Positions 9,682 to 20,541 of a stretch of 49,580 bases of DNA are shown here, one piece after another; within the stretch, counting starts at the first letter, position 1, and every line of letters begins with the position of its first letter. The notes under the pieces were generated by a model. That model searched no databases, was not told the origin of the DNA, and was given only the letters and a program-made list of their open reading frames with translations. The translations under genes and the position numbers were made by a program. Location of the stretch: positions 1-49,580 of the forward strand of contig JALAGF010002067.1 of the NCBI GenBank assembly GCA_030167865.1, read 5' to 3'. Source of the DNA: Craspedostauros australis. Its lineage: Eukaryota.

Positions 9682-11570
9682 TGCTCCAAGTGCATCACAG
9701 CCGTGAGGAGCTCCTCATCGGAGGGCTTCACGGAGGTGCCGGCGTCGTTGCCATCGACCTTGAGGAGCCGTGCGATCGCACGTCGAGTATCTGTCTTGCT
9801 GATGCGTCGCAGAGCAGTGCTGAGCTTGTCAGCCAGCTCCGTGTGCTTGTCACAATATTGTGCAAGGTGACGGTGACGTGCGAGGAAGATGCAGCTCTCG
9901 GCATGGTGGCCGCGTCGGCCACAAGCATCGCAGACTGCACCTGGTGCCGGCTGTCGAAAGACATTGCGACCCTCATCGTCATCGCCACGTCGGCCACGGG
10001 ATCGGTCAGGGCTGCGAGATTTGCGGCCATCGGACCTATCATCATCGAACCGCACACCGCGGCGTTGCGACCGGGTGACAGCATGGGCGGTGTGTCCCGA
10101 GTCTGCCATGGCAGCCAACTTGACGGCCAGCTCGCCCACATGTAACCCGGCAGGGAGCGCCTCTTGGTCAGGAACAGCCAAGACCATTTCACGGAACTGC
10201 CGAACGTTGTGACCGGCCCGCCCAACTTCATCAAGGAAGTGAATAGCCGCTCGACGCGGACTGTACTGATGAGCAGTTCCATGTTGGTTGAGGAACGCCA
10301 TCAACGCGGTGGCAAACCCAATGATGCCGTTGGCAGCAACGTAGTTGGGCAGTACGGGGAGACCGGCAGCCGCTGGGGCCGTGACCATGTACTGAAGCAC
10401 ACGATGGAGAAAGTTGAATGCACTCAGCATTTCATGTCCGCGCTCTTGGAGGAACGCCTGGCTATGTAGAGCCAATGGCGTGTCGGGCAAAACCTCAAGA
10501 GTACCTGGAGTGGTTAGCTTGAGGAAGTGAGCATTGTTGATCGCCGCGACCGTCGCACTGGGTAGCGATGACGGAAACACGACACAGTCCATGCGATACA
10601 TGAAAAGCGGAATGACATGCACACCAAACTGCGAGGCCACCTGTTGGTAGTGGTTGTACCACGTGCAGATGGCATGTGGCTCGAGTGAGGACAGCTTGGG
10701 GATGAACGCATCGGAGAAGCCGCGCAAATCAATGCTGACGCGAGAGCTTGCCCACACCTTCCAAGTTGGGTGTGGGCCAAGATCCGCGCCATACAGCATG
10801 GCGTGCTTGTACTTGGCGCGGTTTGCCGCCTCGTCGCGCCGAATGTCCTCGTAAAAGTCAGGACACTCGCTGGCGCGGGTGGGCACAACCGCGCTGGGAG
10901 CAAAGCGCGCTGGGGGCACACGTGGTGTGCGTGTGTCAGGAGTGTCGACACCAGCATTGAACATGGCAGCAAGATCTGGGTCCGCCACAAAGCTGTGGGC
11001 GTCGCCATCGGCATTGCCCGAGTTATCACGAGGGTGATCGTCGTCACGGGCACGGTCTTCATGCAAGTTGGAAGCCGTGCGCGTGGTGTCTTGGGGAGCA
11101 GAGGCTGCCGCAGCCATGGACGCTTCCAGAGGAGTGCCACCACGGTACATGGTAGAGTTGAAGTCGCCCCATTGGAAGGCAGTAGGAAGTGTGGATTTTT
11201 GAAACCAACCGCGAAGTGTCTTGAGCTCGTTGAGGTCAGCGGGATCAATGTCGCCGAAGCGCTGGAGCGCCGTAGACGTGCGACGATCGTCCTCGACTGA
11301 GAGAAGATGTTGCAGGCGCCCCCAGACAGCATCCTCGTCCTCGCAGTACTGGAAGTACTTCGCAACGACCGCAATGCCGCTCGGAGAGAAGAACGCGGTG
11401 CGTAGGACGGGTCGAATCAGAGCGCCAGGTGCGAATGCAACCGCTGCCGGTGGCAGCGTTGCGCCATCAGCAGGAGCACCATTTCGCACGTTGCCGGCAG
11501 GAGGCGCGGCATGAGCAGGGTTGTCATTGCCGGACCCGCCGGTGCTGGGAGAGCTGCTGTTGCGCGTCAT
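9669..11570 (-). CDS. gag: Copia gag (633 aa) with CCHC zinc knuckle
   Basis: First ORF after the 5' LTR. CDACGRRGHHAESC matches Cx2Cx4Hx4C and follows an R/D/S-rich region. Confidence 0.9.
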   Translation of the reverse strand: MTRNSSSPSTGGSGNDNPAHAAPPAGNVRNGAPADGATLPPAAVAFAPGALIRPVLRTAFFSPSGIAVVAKYFQYCEDEDAVWGRLQHLLSVEDDRRTSTALQRFGDIDPADLNELKTLRGWFQKSTLPTAFQWGDFNSTMYRGGTPLEASMAAAASAPQDTTRTASNLHEDRARDDDHPRDNSGNADGDAHSFVADPDLAAMFNAGVDTPDTRTPRVPPARFAPSAVVPTRASECPDFYEDIRRDEAANRAKYKHAMLYGADLGPHPTWKVWASSRVSIDLRGFSDAFIPKLSSLEPHAICTWYNHYQQVASQFGVHVIPLFMYRMDCVVFPSSLPSATVAAINNAHFLKLTTPGTLEVLPDTPLALHSQAFLQERGHEMLSAFNFLHRVLQYMVTAPAAAGLPVLPNYVAANGIIGFATALMAFLNQHGTAHQYSPRRAAIHFLDEVGRAGHNVRQFREMVLAVPDQEALPAGLHVGELAVKLAAMADSGHTAHAVTRSQRRGVRFDDDRSDGRKSRSPDRSRGRRGDDDEGRNVFRQPAPGAVCDACGRRGHHAESCIFLARHRHLAQYCDKHTELADKLSTALRRISKTDTRRAIARLLKVDGNDAGTSVKPSDEELLTAVMHLEQDFP

Positions 11571-11739
11571 GGTGATGATGGCGAAAGAGCCGGAGGTGTT
11601 TGTTGTGTGTGTTCGTTTTTTTTTGAATTGTGGAGTATGCGAAAAACAGCCAGAACACCAACGATCAGACCAATGACGGCGCTGGGTTGGGTGGAACGGC
11701 AGTGAAAACGCGTGTGTAAGACCGTGAGGTCAGAAAGAA

Positions 11740-11751
11740 GGCTCGAAAACC
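11740..11751 (-). other. Putative primer binding site GGTTTTCGAGCC
   Basis: Directly follows the 5' LTR's CA. Resembles the anticodon-arm (half-tRNA iMet) type PBS GGTTATGAGCC, with one mismatch and one extra base. Confidence 0.5.
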
Positions 11752-11850
11752 TGTGAGAGGAGACTGTGAATTGGGGAAACACAGAATTTATGAGGTGTTC
11801 CTGTGGTGAGAGGAAGACGAGCACAGTCGGACATAGGCCAGACTGTGACA
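11752..11850 (-). repeat. 5' LTR (99 bp)
   Basis: Identical to 5459-5557; flanked by TSD GTTTG at 11851-11855. Confidence 0.97.
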
Positions 11851-12211
11851 GTTTGGGTGATTGGTGAGGAGAGTGTGAGCTCAACAACCTGGGAAGGAGA
11901 TGTCGCCAATGACATGTAACTGCCCCCTCGGCCAGAGTCGACGGGGATGACACTACCTGCGGCTCCCAAAAAATGCGAAGCGCGAACACTTGTTGCGTGG
12001 ATTTGGTCCCTTTTGGACGCTGGTTTGGTCCTGTTGGGAGAAACGGCGATTGCGTATTTAGAGCTATTTTGTGTTTTCTCTCTCCGATCCGTCTTCCACG
12101 TCACATGAAACGAATGCCACGCCATGCAAAACCATTCACAACACAACACGATTGTTGGTTTCGCCGCAAACCACAACAACACAATCCCAAAAAACGCCCA
12201 CAACGACGAGG

Positions 12212-14538
12212 ATGGTGATGAGATCGTTGCTCTCCATCGTGGCATTGCACATTGTCGCTGTCCGGAGAGCTGCCGCATTGCACGCAACGGCACGCATGCG
12301 GTTCAACAATCAATTCTTACGTCAAAGCCGAAGATGCTACTGGCACAGCATCCGTCGGAGCAGCCATGATCGATCAATGTTCCATGCTTCGACGTTTCGG
12401 ATGATGCCCGAAGGCCCGGAGGTCCGCAATCTGGCGGATCAGTTCCAGCATGGTGTTGGGAAGCGACTGATTGACATTCAGTTCCTTTCAGGTCGTTACG
12501 TTCGCCATGATAAGCCCGTGGGATTTTACGGTTTTGCTAAGACCATGACGAAGGCCGTCAGCGCGCCGGCGAATAGCAACACCGCTGGCGGCAGCGTTCG
12601 CCACAAAGATGGCGACCATGTTGGAGGTGAGGATCCAGCTGAGAACAATCCACTGCTCCCAACCATCGACACCGTCGTGAAGTGGAGTTGCAAAGGCAAA
12701 TTCATGTACATCATCTTGGATGACGGTGGCAGGAGTCGTACCGAACCTTCGCACGATGAAGATGACTTCCAACGAAGCATCTGGATCACGCTCGGTATGA
12801 CTGGTTGGTTTGTGGGAGAGGCGAAGCATCACGAGGATCCAACCCACGGTAGGTGGTACCTGGATTTGGTGGACACGGAGACGGGGAACAAGTTGCGCAC
12901 GTACTACCACGACCGTCGCAATTTTGGAACGCTCAAGTTTTCTCTTTCCAAGAAGGAGCTCGATGACAAGCTGTCGTCATTGGGGTATGATCTCATGGAC
13001 GCGTCCACCTCTGAGGATTTGTTCTTGACCACAATGGCGAATCAGAATCAGGACATGAACATTTGCAAGTTCCTCATGAATCAATCGGTAAGTGATTGTT
13101 GACTCCGTTGTGCTGGTGTCATGGCCTGCTGCAGTGCTTTCGGAACCTGCTTCATGTATTGAGTGTGGGAAAATCTTTGCTTTCCACCAGCGATATCAAT
13201 GGTGATGGTAAGATCATTGCGTCTACCAATCGTAGCAGGCAACTGTAATGTTGGCCGTGCAACGGCATACGAAAGCAAAGCATCTGACGAGCGATGTTTC
13301 GAACATGCTTATTTTCACGCGTTGATGTGGTACATGTGACACGACATGCCATGGTATTCAACTTGCAGAAGATCGCTGGCGTTGGAAACTACATCCTTGC
13401 GGAGGGTCTCCATAGAAGCCTGATCGATCCTTTCGCATCCCTCGACGAACTTCACGAAAGGCAACGGCGCACTCTCTTCAATGAATTGCGGTTGGTCATG
13501 ATGCAGTCGTATGCAAAGCAACAGCGCAGGTGGCTGAAGGATAGTATCAAAACGCCAGGCACAAAAAGCGGAAACGGTGAGGCAGATGCTGATGCAAATT
13601 CATCAGGCTTGGCAGAGTTCGAGTTGCAATGCTACAACCGAGCAAGGTGTCCACAGGGAGAGGAAGTTATTCGAGATACCGCAGGACCCCACGGGAGAAC
13701 GATATGGTACACGAAGAAGCAACTCTTCAAACCGTTGGATGAACGGTTCGTGTCCCTTTCACACCACCAAGCACAAACTGAGCACCGCAATGGATCAGAT
13801 GATGCTGAAGCAGCTCGATCTCAGAACGCCAACGATTGGAAACACGTTGATCTCGTCCAGCAGCTGTCGGACGAAGGCTGGAAGGGAGCACTGCAACACA
13901 TTCTGGAATCCGAACGCTTTCAAAATCTTCAAGCATTCTTGCAAGATGAGGCTGCCTCGGGCGCCACGATATTTCCCCCGCCTCAGCAAGTCTTCGCTTC
14001 GTTGAATCAATGCCGGTTTGACGACGTGAAGATTGTTATTGTCGGTCAGGATCCGTACCACGGCGCTGGTCAAGGTCATGGCTTGGCATTCTCGGTGCAA
14101 AAGGATGTGCCGCCACCTCCATCATTGAAGAATATCATTCAAGAATTGAAAGATGATGTTGGCATCAAACAGCCGGTGCATGGGAATTTGGAAAGCTGGT
14201 CACGGCAAGGAGTGTTGTTGCTGAACAGCGTGCTGACGGTGCGGCAGGGCGAGGCAAACAGCCACGCAAAGAAAGGGTGGGAGGAAGTTACCGATGCCAT
14301 CATTGAAGCGTTGAATCAGAGGGAGGACGGGTTGGTGTTTCTCCTTTGGGGCAACCCAGCTCAAAAGAAAGCATCGGGCGTGAACACAGAAAAACACGTG
14401 GTGATCAAGACTTCGCATCCATCTCCGCTGGGGGCAAGACGGACGGCATCGCCCTTCCTTGGATCACGATGCTTCAGTGATGCCAACCGTTCTCTTGCTC
14501 TCGTGGACAAAGCTGCTGTCGACTGGAATATCGTCTGA
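12212..14538 (+). CDS. Fpg/Nei DNA glycosylase fused to family-1 uracil-DNA glycosylase; exons 12212-13087 and 13369-14538
   Basis: Fpg/Nei motifs MPEGPEV (12404), KGK, LGMTG, DRRNFG. A GT..AG intron at 13088-13368 joins FLMNQS to KIAGVGNYILAE and restores the H2TH motif. Then RTIWY finger region, a linker, and UNG motifs VGQDPYH, GLAFSV, PPSLKNI, GVLLLNSVLTV, HPSPL, with no stop between the domains. Confidence 0.9.
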
Positions 14539-15033
14539 CGCTGAATTATCGCTGGCAGAACAGCCTTGGGAAGAAAAGGCAAACTCGGAGCCTCTGTAGA
14601 AGATCATCGCACGCACCAAATCAACCAACCGGCCCTCCAACCAGCCACCGAGCAAATTGAAGCATCCTCGGCCGCATGCGCTTCATGGTATTCTCCCACT
14701 TCCTCTTATCTTTGGAGCCGACACATGAAACAGAAAAAAAACACTCGTATGTAGTATAAGAATTGAGGGTAGACTAACATCATCAATCAAAGACGCGTGG
14801 CAGCGAGTTTTCCAGACTCTGTGGGTGTCCATGGAATGGAAGCGAAATGTCAGTGACTTTCAAGAACAGAAGAGAACTCAATCCAGGCTGGGAGATCTTT
14901 CGCAACGCCACGACATCACAACCGGCTGCCTGTTCCGTGCTTCTCCTTCGCTGCTAGCACCACAGCATTGCAACCAAGCACCGATCATCAACACAATACA
15001 AACAAAACCCCAACGCGTTGCAACTGTACGAAA

Positions 15034-16179
15034 ATGACGGAGGAGGCACAGCTGACGTCCGATCAGATAGATGATCTTCGGATCAAGACGGAGGACGCGT
15101 TTAAGGAACTGAAAGAAAAGAGCGAGGCCGCAACGCCATCGACGTCTTGGATACGATCGGGAGACGATGCTGCATCTGATGCCGCGACCACCCGCGAGAG
15201 CACCCAAAACGGAGCGACGGCAACAGCATGGGACAAGGATCGTTCACCGCGATGCCAATTCTTTGATCATTTCGGATTCACTCACGTCGGCAACTTTTGC
15301 GACGAGGATGAAGTGCGCAGGCTGAAGGAGCAGATGGCGGAGCTGGCCAACAATGATTGGCAATGCAACGACAAGGTGGCCTCGTTTGGCACGGACGCGA
15401 AAGCCAACAAGGCCAGGGGCGACTACTTCTTGGATTCCAGCAATCAGATTCACTACTTTGCGGAACCGACCGCGCTCGATGAGGATGGCAACCTGAAGTC
15501 TGACTTTGCAAACGACAAGCTGGCGGCCCTCAACAAGTCTGGCCATGCCATGCACATTCGGGATGGTGCATTCCGGGACTACACATTGTCGCAGAAGGTG
15601 CGGGACTTGGTGACGGATTTGGGTTGGGAGGATCCCGTGGTGCCGCAGTCGATGTACATCTTCAAGCAGCCGCGCATCGGCGGAACCGTGCACTCGCATC
15701 AGGATTCCACGTTCCTGCACACCACCCCGAAGCAATCCTGCTTAGGTCTGTGGCTGGCGCTGGATGATGCGACGTTGGAGAACGGGTGCCTCTGGGTGCG
15801 GCCAGGATCGCACAAGGAGCCGTTGCGACGGCAATTCATTCGCAATCCGGAGTACTTTGAAGAAGGCAAGATGGATGCCTCCAAGCTGACCTTCCTTCAG
15901 CATCACGAGAATGATTCCGTCACCTGGGAGGGTGGTCTCCCCAAGGATCAATCACTGTGGGAGGCCGGATTCATCCCTGTCGAATGCAAGGCCGGAGATC
16001 TGCTCGCCTTCTGCGGCACGTTGGATCATCTGAGCCTGCCGAACTTTTCCGATCGGCAACGCCACACATTCCAGCTACATCTCATTGAAGGTCCCAGGGC
16101 GGGCGTCACGTGGTCACCGCAGAACTGGCTCCAGTACCCGTTGCAGCAACCGTTCATCAGCTTGTTGAGAGATACGTGA
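15034..16179 (+). CDS. Phytanoyl-CoA dioxygenase domain protein (PHYHD1-like 2OG/Fe oxygenase)
   Basis: QSMYIFKQPRIGGTVHSHQDSTFL (HxD), LWLALDDATLENGCL and distal H...NFSDRQRH. ATG at 15034. Confidence 0.9.
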   Translation: MTEEAQLTSDQIDDLRIKTEDAFKELKEKSEAATPSTSWIRSGDDAASDAATTRESTQNGATATAWDKDRSPRCQFFDHFGFTHVGNFCDEDEVRRLKEQMAELANNDWQCNDKVASFGTDAKANKARGDYFLDSSNQIHYFAEPTALDEDGNLKSDFANDKLAALNKSGHAMHIRDGAFRDYTLSQKVRDLVTDLGWEDPVVPQSMYIFKQPRIGGTVHSHQDSTFLHTTPKQSCLGLWLALDDATLENGCLWVRPGSHKEPLRRQFIRNPEYFEEGKMDASKLTFLQHHENDSVTWEGGLPKDQSLWEAGFIPVECKAGDLLAFCGTLDHLSLPNFSDRQRHTFQLHLIEGPRAGVTWSPQNWLQYPLQQPFISLLRDT

Positions 16180-17067
16180 GCGTCTTGGTGAAGGAGGAGC
16201 ACATTGATTCTCTCTTCCATATCTCTCCAGAGACATAGAACTGCATTACTACAGTATGGTGGCATGGTGTGAGTGGAACAATAGCGTGCTCGTAGAGTAG
16301 AATACCATTGTGAAGTATAATATTATATAATATAATAGAATATGCTCCTTTGGTTGCATTGGCCCAGCATCTCATGGACGCCTTCCGATGTCGCCGATGG
16401 TGGCTCACTGCGAATTCCACGTCTGAATCATATGGTCTAGCTTAGTCTAACGGGACACCTTCGAAATCGTGACGCACACGCGAGTTGTCGCGTTCCGGTC
16501 ATTTGTGATGGAGCGCAACACGATTGCGACAACGAGGAGAAGCGCAGACCATGATGACCTTTTTTGCCGCCTTCACGAGCGACGCGAAACTTCATCGGTT
16601 GAGGCGGAAGCTGCGCGCCTTACGAGCTCCTCGACTCTCTTTCATCACCAACCTCATCGTCGTTGTCGTGGTTGTCGACAGCGGCATCAACATCAACATC
16701 AACATCAACGCAATCACGCACATCATCAGCGTGGGCTGGGAACTGCAAGAAGGCAATCCACCAACCAATCACTGCGTCCATCACTCAAGCGATCGATCGA
16801 ACCATCAATCAGTGTGGCATCAATCGGCTCACACGGCCAAACCGAGTCAAACCAAGTCGAGTGCATAGCTCGTGCGCATAGTGGGACGAAAGGAGGAATC
16901 GGAAGACCGCATTGGCGCCGCATCGCAAGGGAAAACGGAGAAACAGAACCAACGGCGCCAACGCCTGTTCTCGACGATACACCCACACGCGCACCCACAC
17001 GGACACGCACATCCAGCCATTGGAGAGACACGATCGCCTTCAGCAATAAAAGCAGAAGGGAGGACCC

Positions 17068-18166
17068 ATGATTCCGTTCAAAAAGAAGGCGTCGATCGCC
17101 TCGAGCGATCTGAGCCAGGCCATCACTCAGGATCAATGGGACGCAGTGCTTGGACTCTGCCAATCCAAGCCGGATTCTGCCAAGGTCTGGACCTTGCGCC
17201 AGGGTCTCTTTGAGGGCATCAAGGACAGCAGCGTGCTGCCGCTGCACGAGGCCTTGGTCGGCGGTGCACCGTTCGCCATCGTCGCGGCCATCCTCAACGC
17301 CTACCCGGATGCCATCAACGCCAAGGAATCTTCTTACAAGCGCCTTCCGCTGCACTGCGCCTGCAGGAAGAATGCCATCCTGCAGGTCGTCGATATCCTC
17401 CTCAAATCCGACAGCGATGCCGCGCTCATTGCGGACAATTTGGGTCGATTACCGAGTAAGTGCATGTCTTGAGGACATCAGGGCCTTGCTCTGCTCTATT
17501 CTGCTCTACTCTACTTTGTGTGATTCTCATTTGGGAGCAATGCCTTTGTGCTTGCATTCGTGTACGCGTGTTGTGTTTCGCATTGTGCTACGAGTATGCC
17601 ATCATTGAATGCATTCCCTTCATGTCGCTGTGCGTAACTTCGGCCGCTTGTGCCACACATGCAAGTTGACCTACTACTGGAGAACTATTTCTCCATCGGC
17701 TCTTGCATTCATCTCAAACCACTCTGCCATGCTACGAGTATGCTGTACTTTGCGAGTGCGCTGATATTCTCACACCACCACAATTCCATCACTTAATTCT
17801 TGCCTTCCAACCAATGACACTGCAGTACATTACGCACTGTCCAACGGTGCCAACGACCAAGTGATAGACGCACTGCTCAAGGCGCAACCCAACAGCGCGA
17901 GAGGATTCGACAAGCGAGGCTGGACGCCATTGCATGTGGCATGCGGCGTGGGTGCGTCCACGCATGTCATCCGATCCATCCTGTCGTGCTACCCGGAGGC
18001 CGTCATCATGAGGACGCAGAAGGGATCCACCGCCATGCAATGTCTCAACCTCACAAAGGCGGCCAACAAGAAGGAGGTCCAATCCATTTTGAAAAAGTAC
18101 CACAAACGGGTCGACGCACAATTCAAGCCGGCAGCCAAGCCAGATTCGGAGCGTGTCATGGTGTGA
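17068..18166 (+). CDS. Ankyrin-repeat protein; exons 17068-17455 and 17826-18166
   Basis: LPLHEA, LPLHCAC and WTPLHVAC repeats. Intron GTAAG...TGCAG (17456-17825) restores GRLP-IHYAL. Confidence 0.85.
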
Positions 18167-18776
18167 GCCATGTCATCCATATGCGTGTGTGCATTTGTGC
18201 GTGCCTGCGTGTTCGACGTATGGTATCATGGCAACAGACTTTCGGTGTCGATGACAGCATTGTGCGATCCCTTCAATTTAATGAAACATCCTGATCACAG
18301 ATCAAACGACCTTTGGCAGAGCATTGCGTTATGGTCCTACTCTGGACAGTATCCGGAGAGTTTGGCTGATTGTGGTGTGCAATGACATGCGCCACGCGCC
18401 GAGAATGGGAGCGCATGCACAAGAACACAGTGCATAGAGTGGAGCATGCACTACAATACCTCTCTACCGATAGAAATACTTCAGCACTCCATCATCGTGT
18501 CCCATTATCGTGGACTGCCCCATCCTGTCCTGTTCCATCATGTTTCTCCTTGCTCCTCCTTGTTCTTGGTCGAGCCATGCTTGGTGTGCAATCCTAGTTT
18601 GTAGTTTGGGATCAAGTCGTGGATCCATGAATTTATTCACGAGTCACATCACCAATGGCGCGTCTCTCTCACCACTCGTCCTTTCGCAAAGATCGAGCAT
18701 AGTCGTACCAGCGCTCGCACTCACGCTCACATTCACACTCATAGTCATACCCCACATATAGCACTAACCGAATGAG

Positions 18777-20411
18777 ATGAACCCAATCCTGCGTTTCATC
18801 CTGGCAATCCTCATCCCTTCGTTGCTGACCAGCAAGCTCCGGGCGTTGGGAAGGGTCAGTGGCACGAAAGATGCCGCGCCAACGTCGCAGAATGTGACGC
18901 AAACCAATGGGACGAGGACGACATCGGATGCAAACGATGGAATGCAGCATCACGATGATGAACACTCACGCATCCTCTACCTGGTCGGAATCCACGACGA
19001 ACGAACGATGGAGGATGCCGAGCAGTTGCTGCCTGCGATTCATCATCCAAGGAACATCATCTTGGTGCATATCGATGCCAAATTCGGGATCGACGACCGC
19101 TACCTCGATTCTTCGTTGCATCGCACCATTCAGCAATACAACAACGACGACGAGAGCGACGGCAGCGGACCATCGCAAATCGAAGTGCACTCCATCTTTG
19201 ATTGCGAATGGGGACAATGGTCGATGCTCGATCCGACGCTCTGGGCGATGGAGGTGGGCGTCACGCGATGGAAGGATCGATGGGATATCTTCATCAATTT
19301 GAGCGGTGATACGTATCCCGTCTACAACGTCGATGCTATGGCCACCATCTTATCATCACCGCCGATTGTCCACACCAACTTCGTCACATCTTCGTCGTGC
19401 GAAACTGGATTGCAGCCCACGCCCGTCGATCTGTTCCCGCCGAGTTGGCACAAGCGTGCTCATTACGATACGAATCCGCCAGTTTTGACATGGGTCGACG
19501 ACGATGGCACGGAGCATGAAGATGAGCATGTCACAATCCACTTTGGTTCACAATGGATGATCCTGCAACCTGAACTTTGTCAGTACGTGTGGGATTCATT
19601 GCAGCGGTCCGACAGCTTTGCATGTCAGCTGCAAGCGTGGTTGGTGGGCACGCAAAAGCTGATGTCCGATGAAACGTTTCTGCCCACCTTGTTGGTGTAC
19701 AGCCCATACGCTGACACGTTGCCGAGAGTGGCCGAGACTACGCAGCACAGCAACGCCAATGACGATGATGAAGGTGTGGAGACATTGGCTGATCCAACCA
19801 ACAGTTTGCCTACACCCGTGACTGCTGTACGATACGAACGAATGGACGAGCATACTCCATCCGCATTCGGAGTATTACCCACTATGCAACGGTACGACGT
19901 CCCGCAATCCTTCGTCACATCCAACTTCGTTGCGCAAGTCAAACCATGGGGCCCGTACTTTCTGGGTGTCTACGACCTCTCTCGCATCAAGTCATCAGGC
20001 GCATTGTTCGTGCGCAAGGTGTCGGCGCGCATGGATCACAATCTGTTGAATTTGCTGCCAGTTGCATCGCATCATGAAATACCGGACATCTCGTGGCCGA
20101 CAGAAGTGCAGATCATCGAAAAGCCGGATTGGGAGACCAAGTTGCGGCAGTGGAGAGAGCGTCTGCGACAGCAGCGACAACAGCAGCAACAACAGCAACA
20201 ACAGCAACAACAGCGACAGAAAACACAAGAAGGAGAGGGTCAGAACAATGGACACGAGGATACGGCGCAAGAGGAAAGCAGTGACGATTCCAGCAGCGGT
20301 GATCACCGTACGTCTGTTGGAGATCCAGTTGATCATGAGAGTACGCCAGAAGCGGCGACGGTCATCACAACAGATGAGATCGAAATAAATTCGGAAGACG
20401 AAGATTTGTAG
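18777..20411 (+). CDS. Glycosyltransferase family 14 (core-2/I-branching, xylosyltransferase-like)
   Basis: N-terminal signal/anchor; ILVHIDAK, WGQWS, FINLSGDTYP, FGSQW, SDETF and LFVRKV motifs; poly-Q and acidic tail. Confidence 0.85.
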   Translation: MNPILRFILAILIPSLLTSKLRALGRVSGTKDAAPTSQNVTQTNGTRTTSDANDGMQHHDDEHSRILYLVGIHDERTMEDAEQLLPAIHHPRNIILVHIDAKFGIDDRYLDSSLHRTIQQYNNDDESDGSGPSQIEVHSIFDCEWGQWSMLDPTLWAMEVGVTRWKDRWDIFINLSGDTYPVYNVDAMATILSSPPIVHTNFVTSSSCETGLQPTPVDLFPPSWHKRAHYDTNPPVLTWVDDDGTEHEDEHVTIHFGSQWMILQPELCQYVWDSLQRSDSFACQLQAWLVGTQKLMSDETFLPTLLVYSPYADTLPRVAETTQHSNANDDDEGVETLADPTNSLPTPVTAVRYERMDEHTPSAFGVLPTMQRYDVPQSFVTSNFVAQVKPWGPYFLGVYDLSRIKSSGALFVRKVSARMDHNLLNLLPVASHHEIPDISWPTEVQIIEKPDWETKLRQWRERLRQQRQQQQQQQQQQQQRQKTQEGEGQNNGHEDTAQEESSDDSSSGDHRTSVGDPVDHESTPEAATVITTDEIEINSEDEDL

Positions 20412-20541
20412 ACGCATGTTCTTATCACTGGCACTCGAGGAAGTGTTCCAAAGCGTCAAGCCATGGTAAGACCCTGCGCAATCAGAATGGACGACTACTG
20501 CACCACACTCTGCTCTATTCGGTAACTTCTTCCATAACGCT

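Larger units (their letters stand above)
5459..11850 (-). mobile_element. Full-length Ty1/copia LTR retrotransposon (CoDi-like), recent insertion
   Basis: Identical 99-bp TG...CA LTRs at 5459-5557 and 11752-11850. 5-bp TSD GTTTG at 5454-5458 and 11851-11855. gag and pol ORFs are uninterrupted, with copia domain order PR-INT-RT-RNaseH. Confidence 0.97.
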
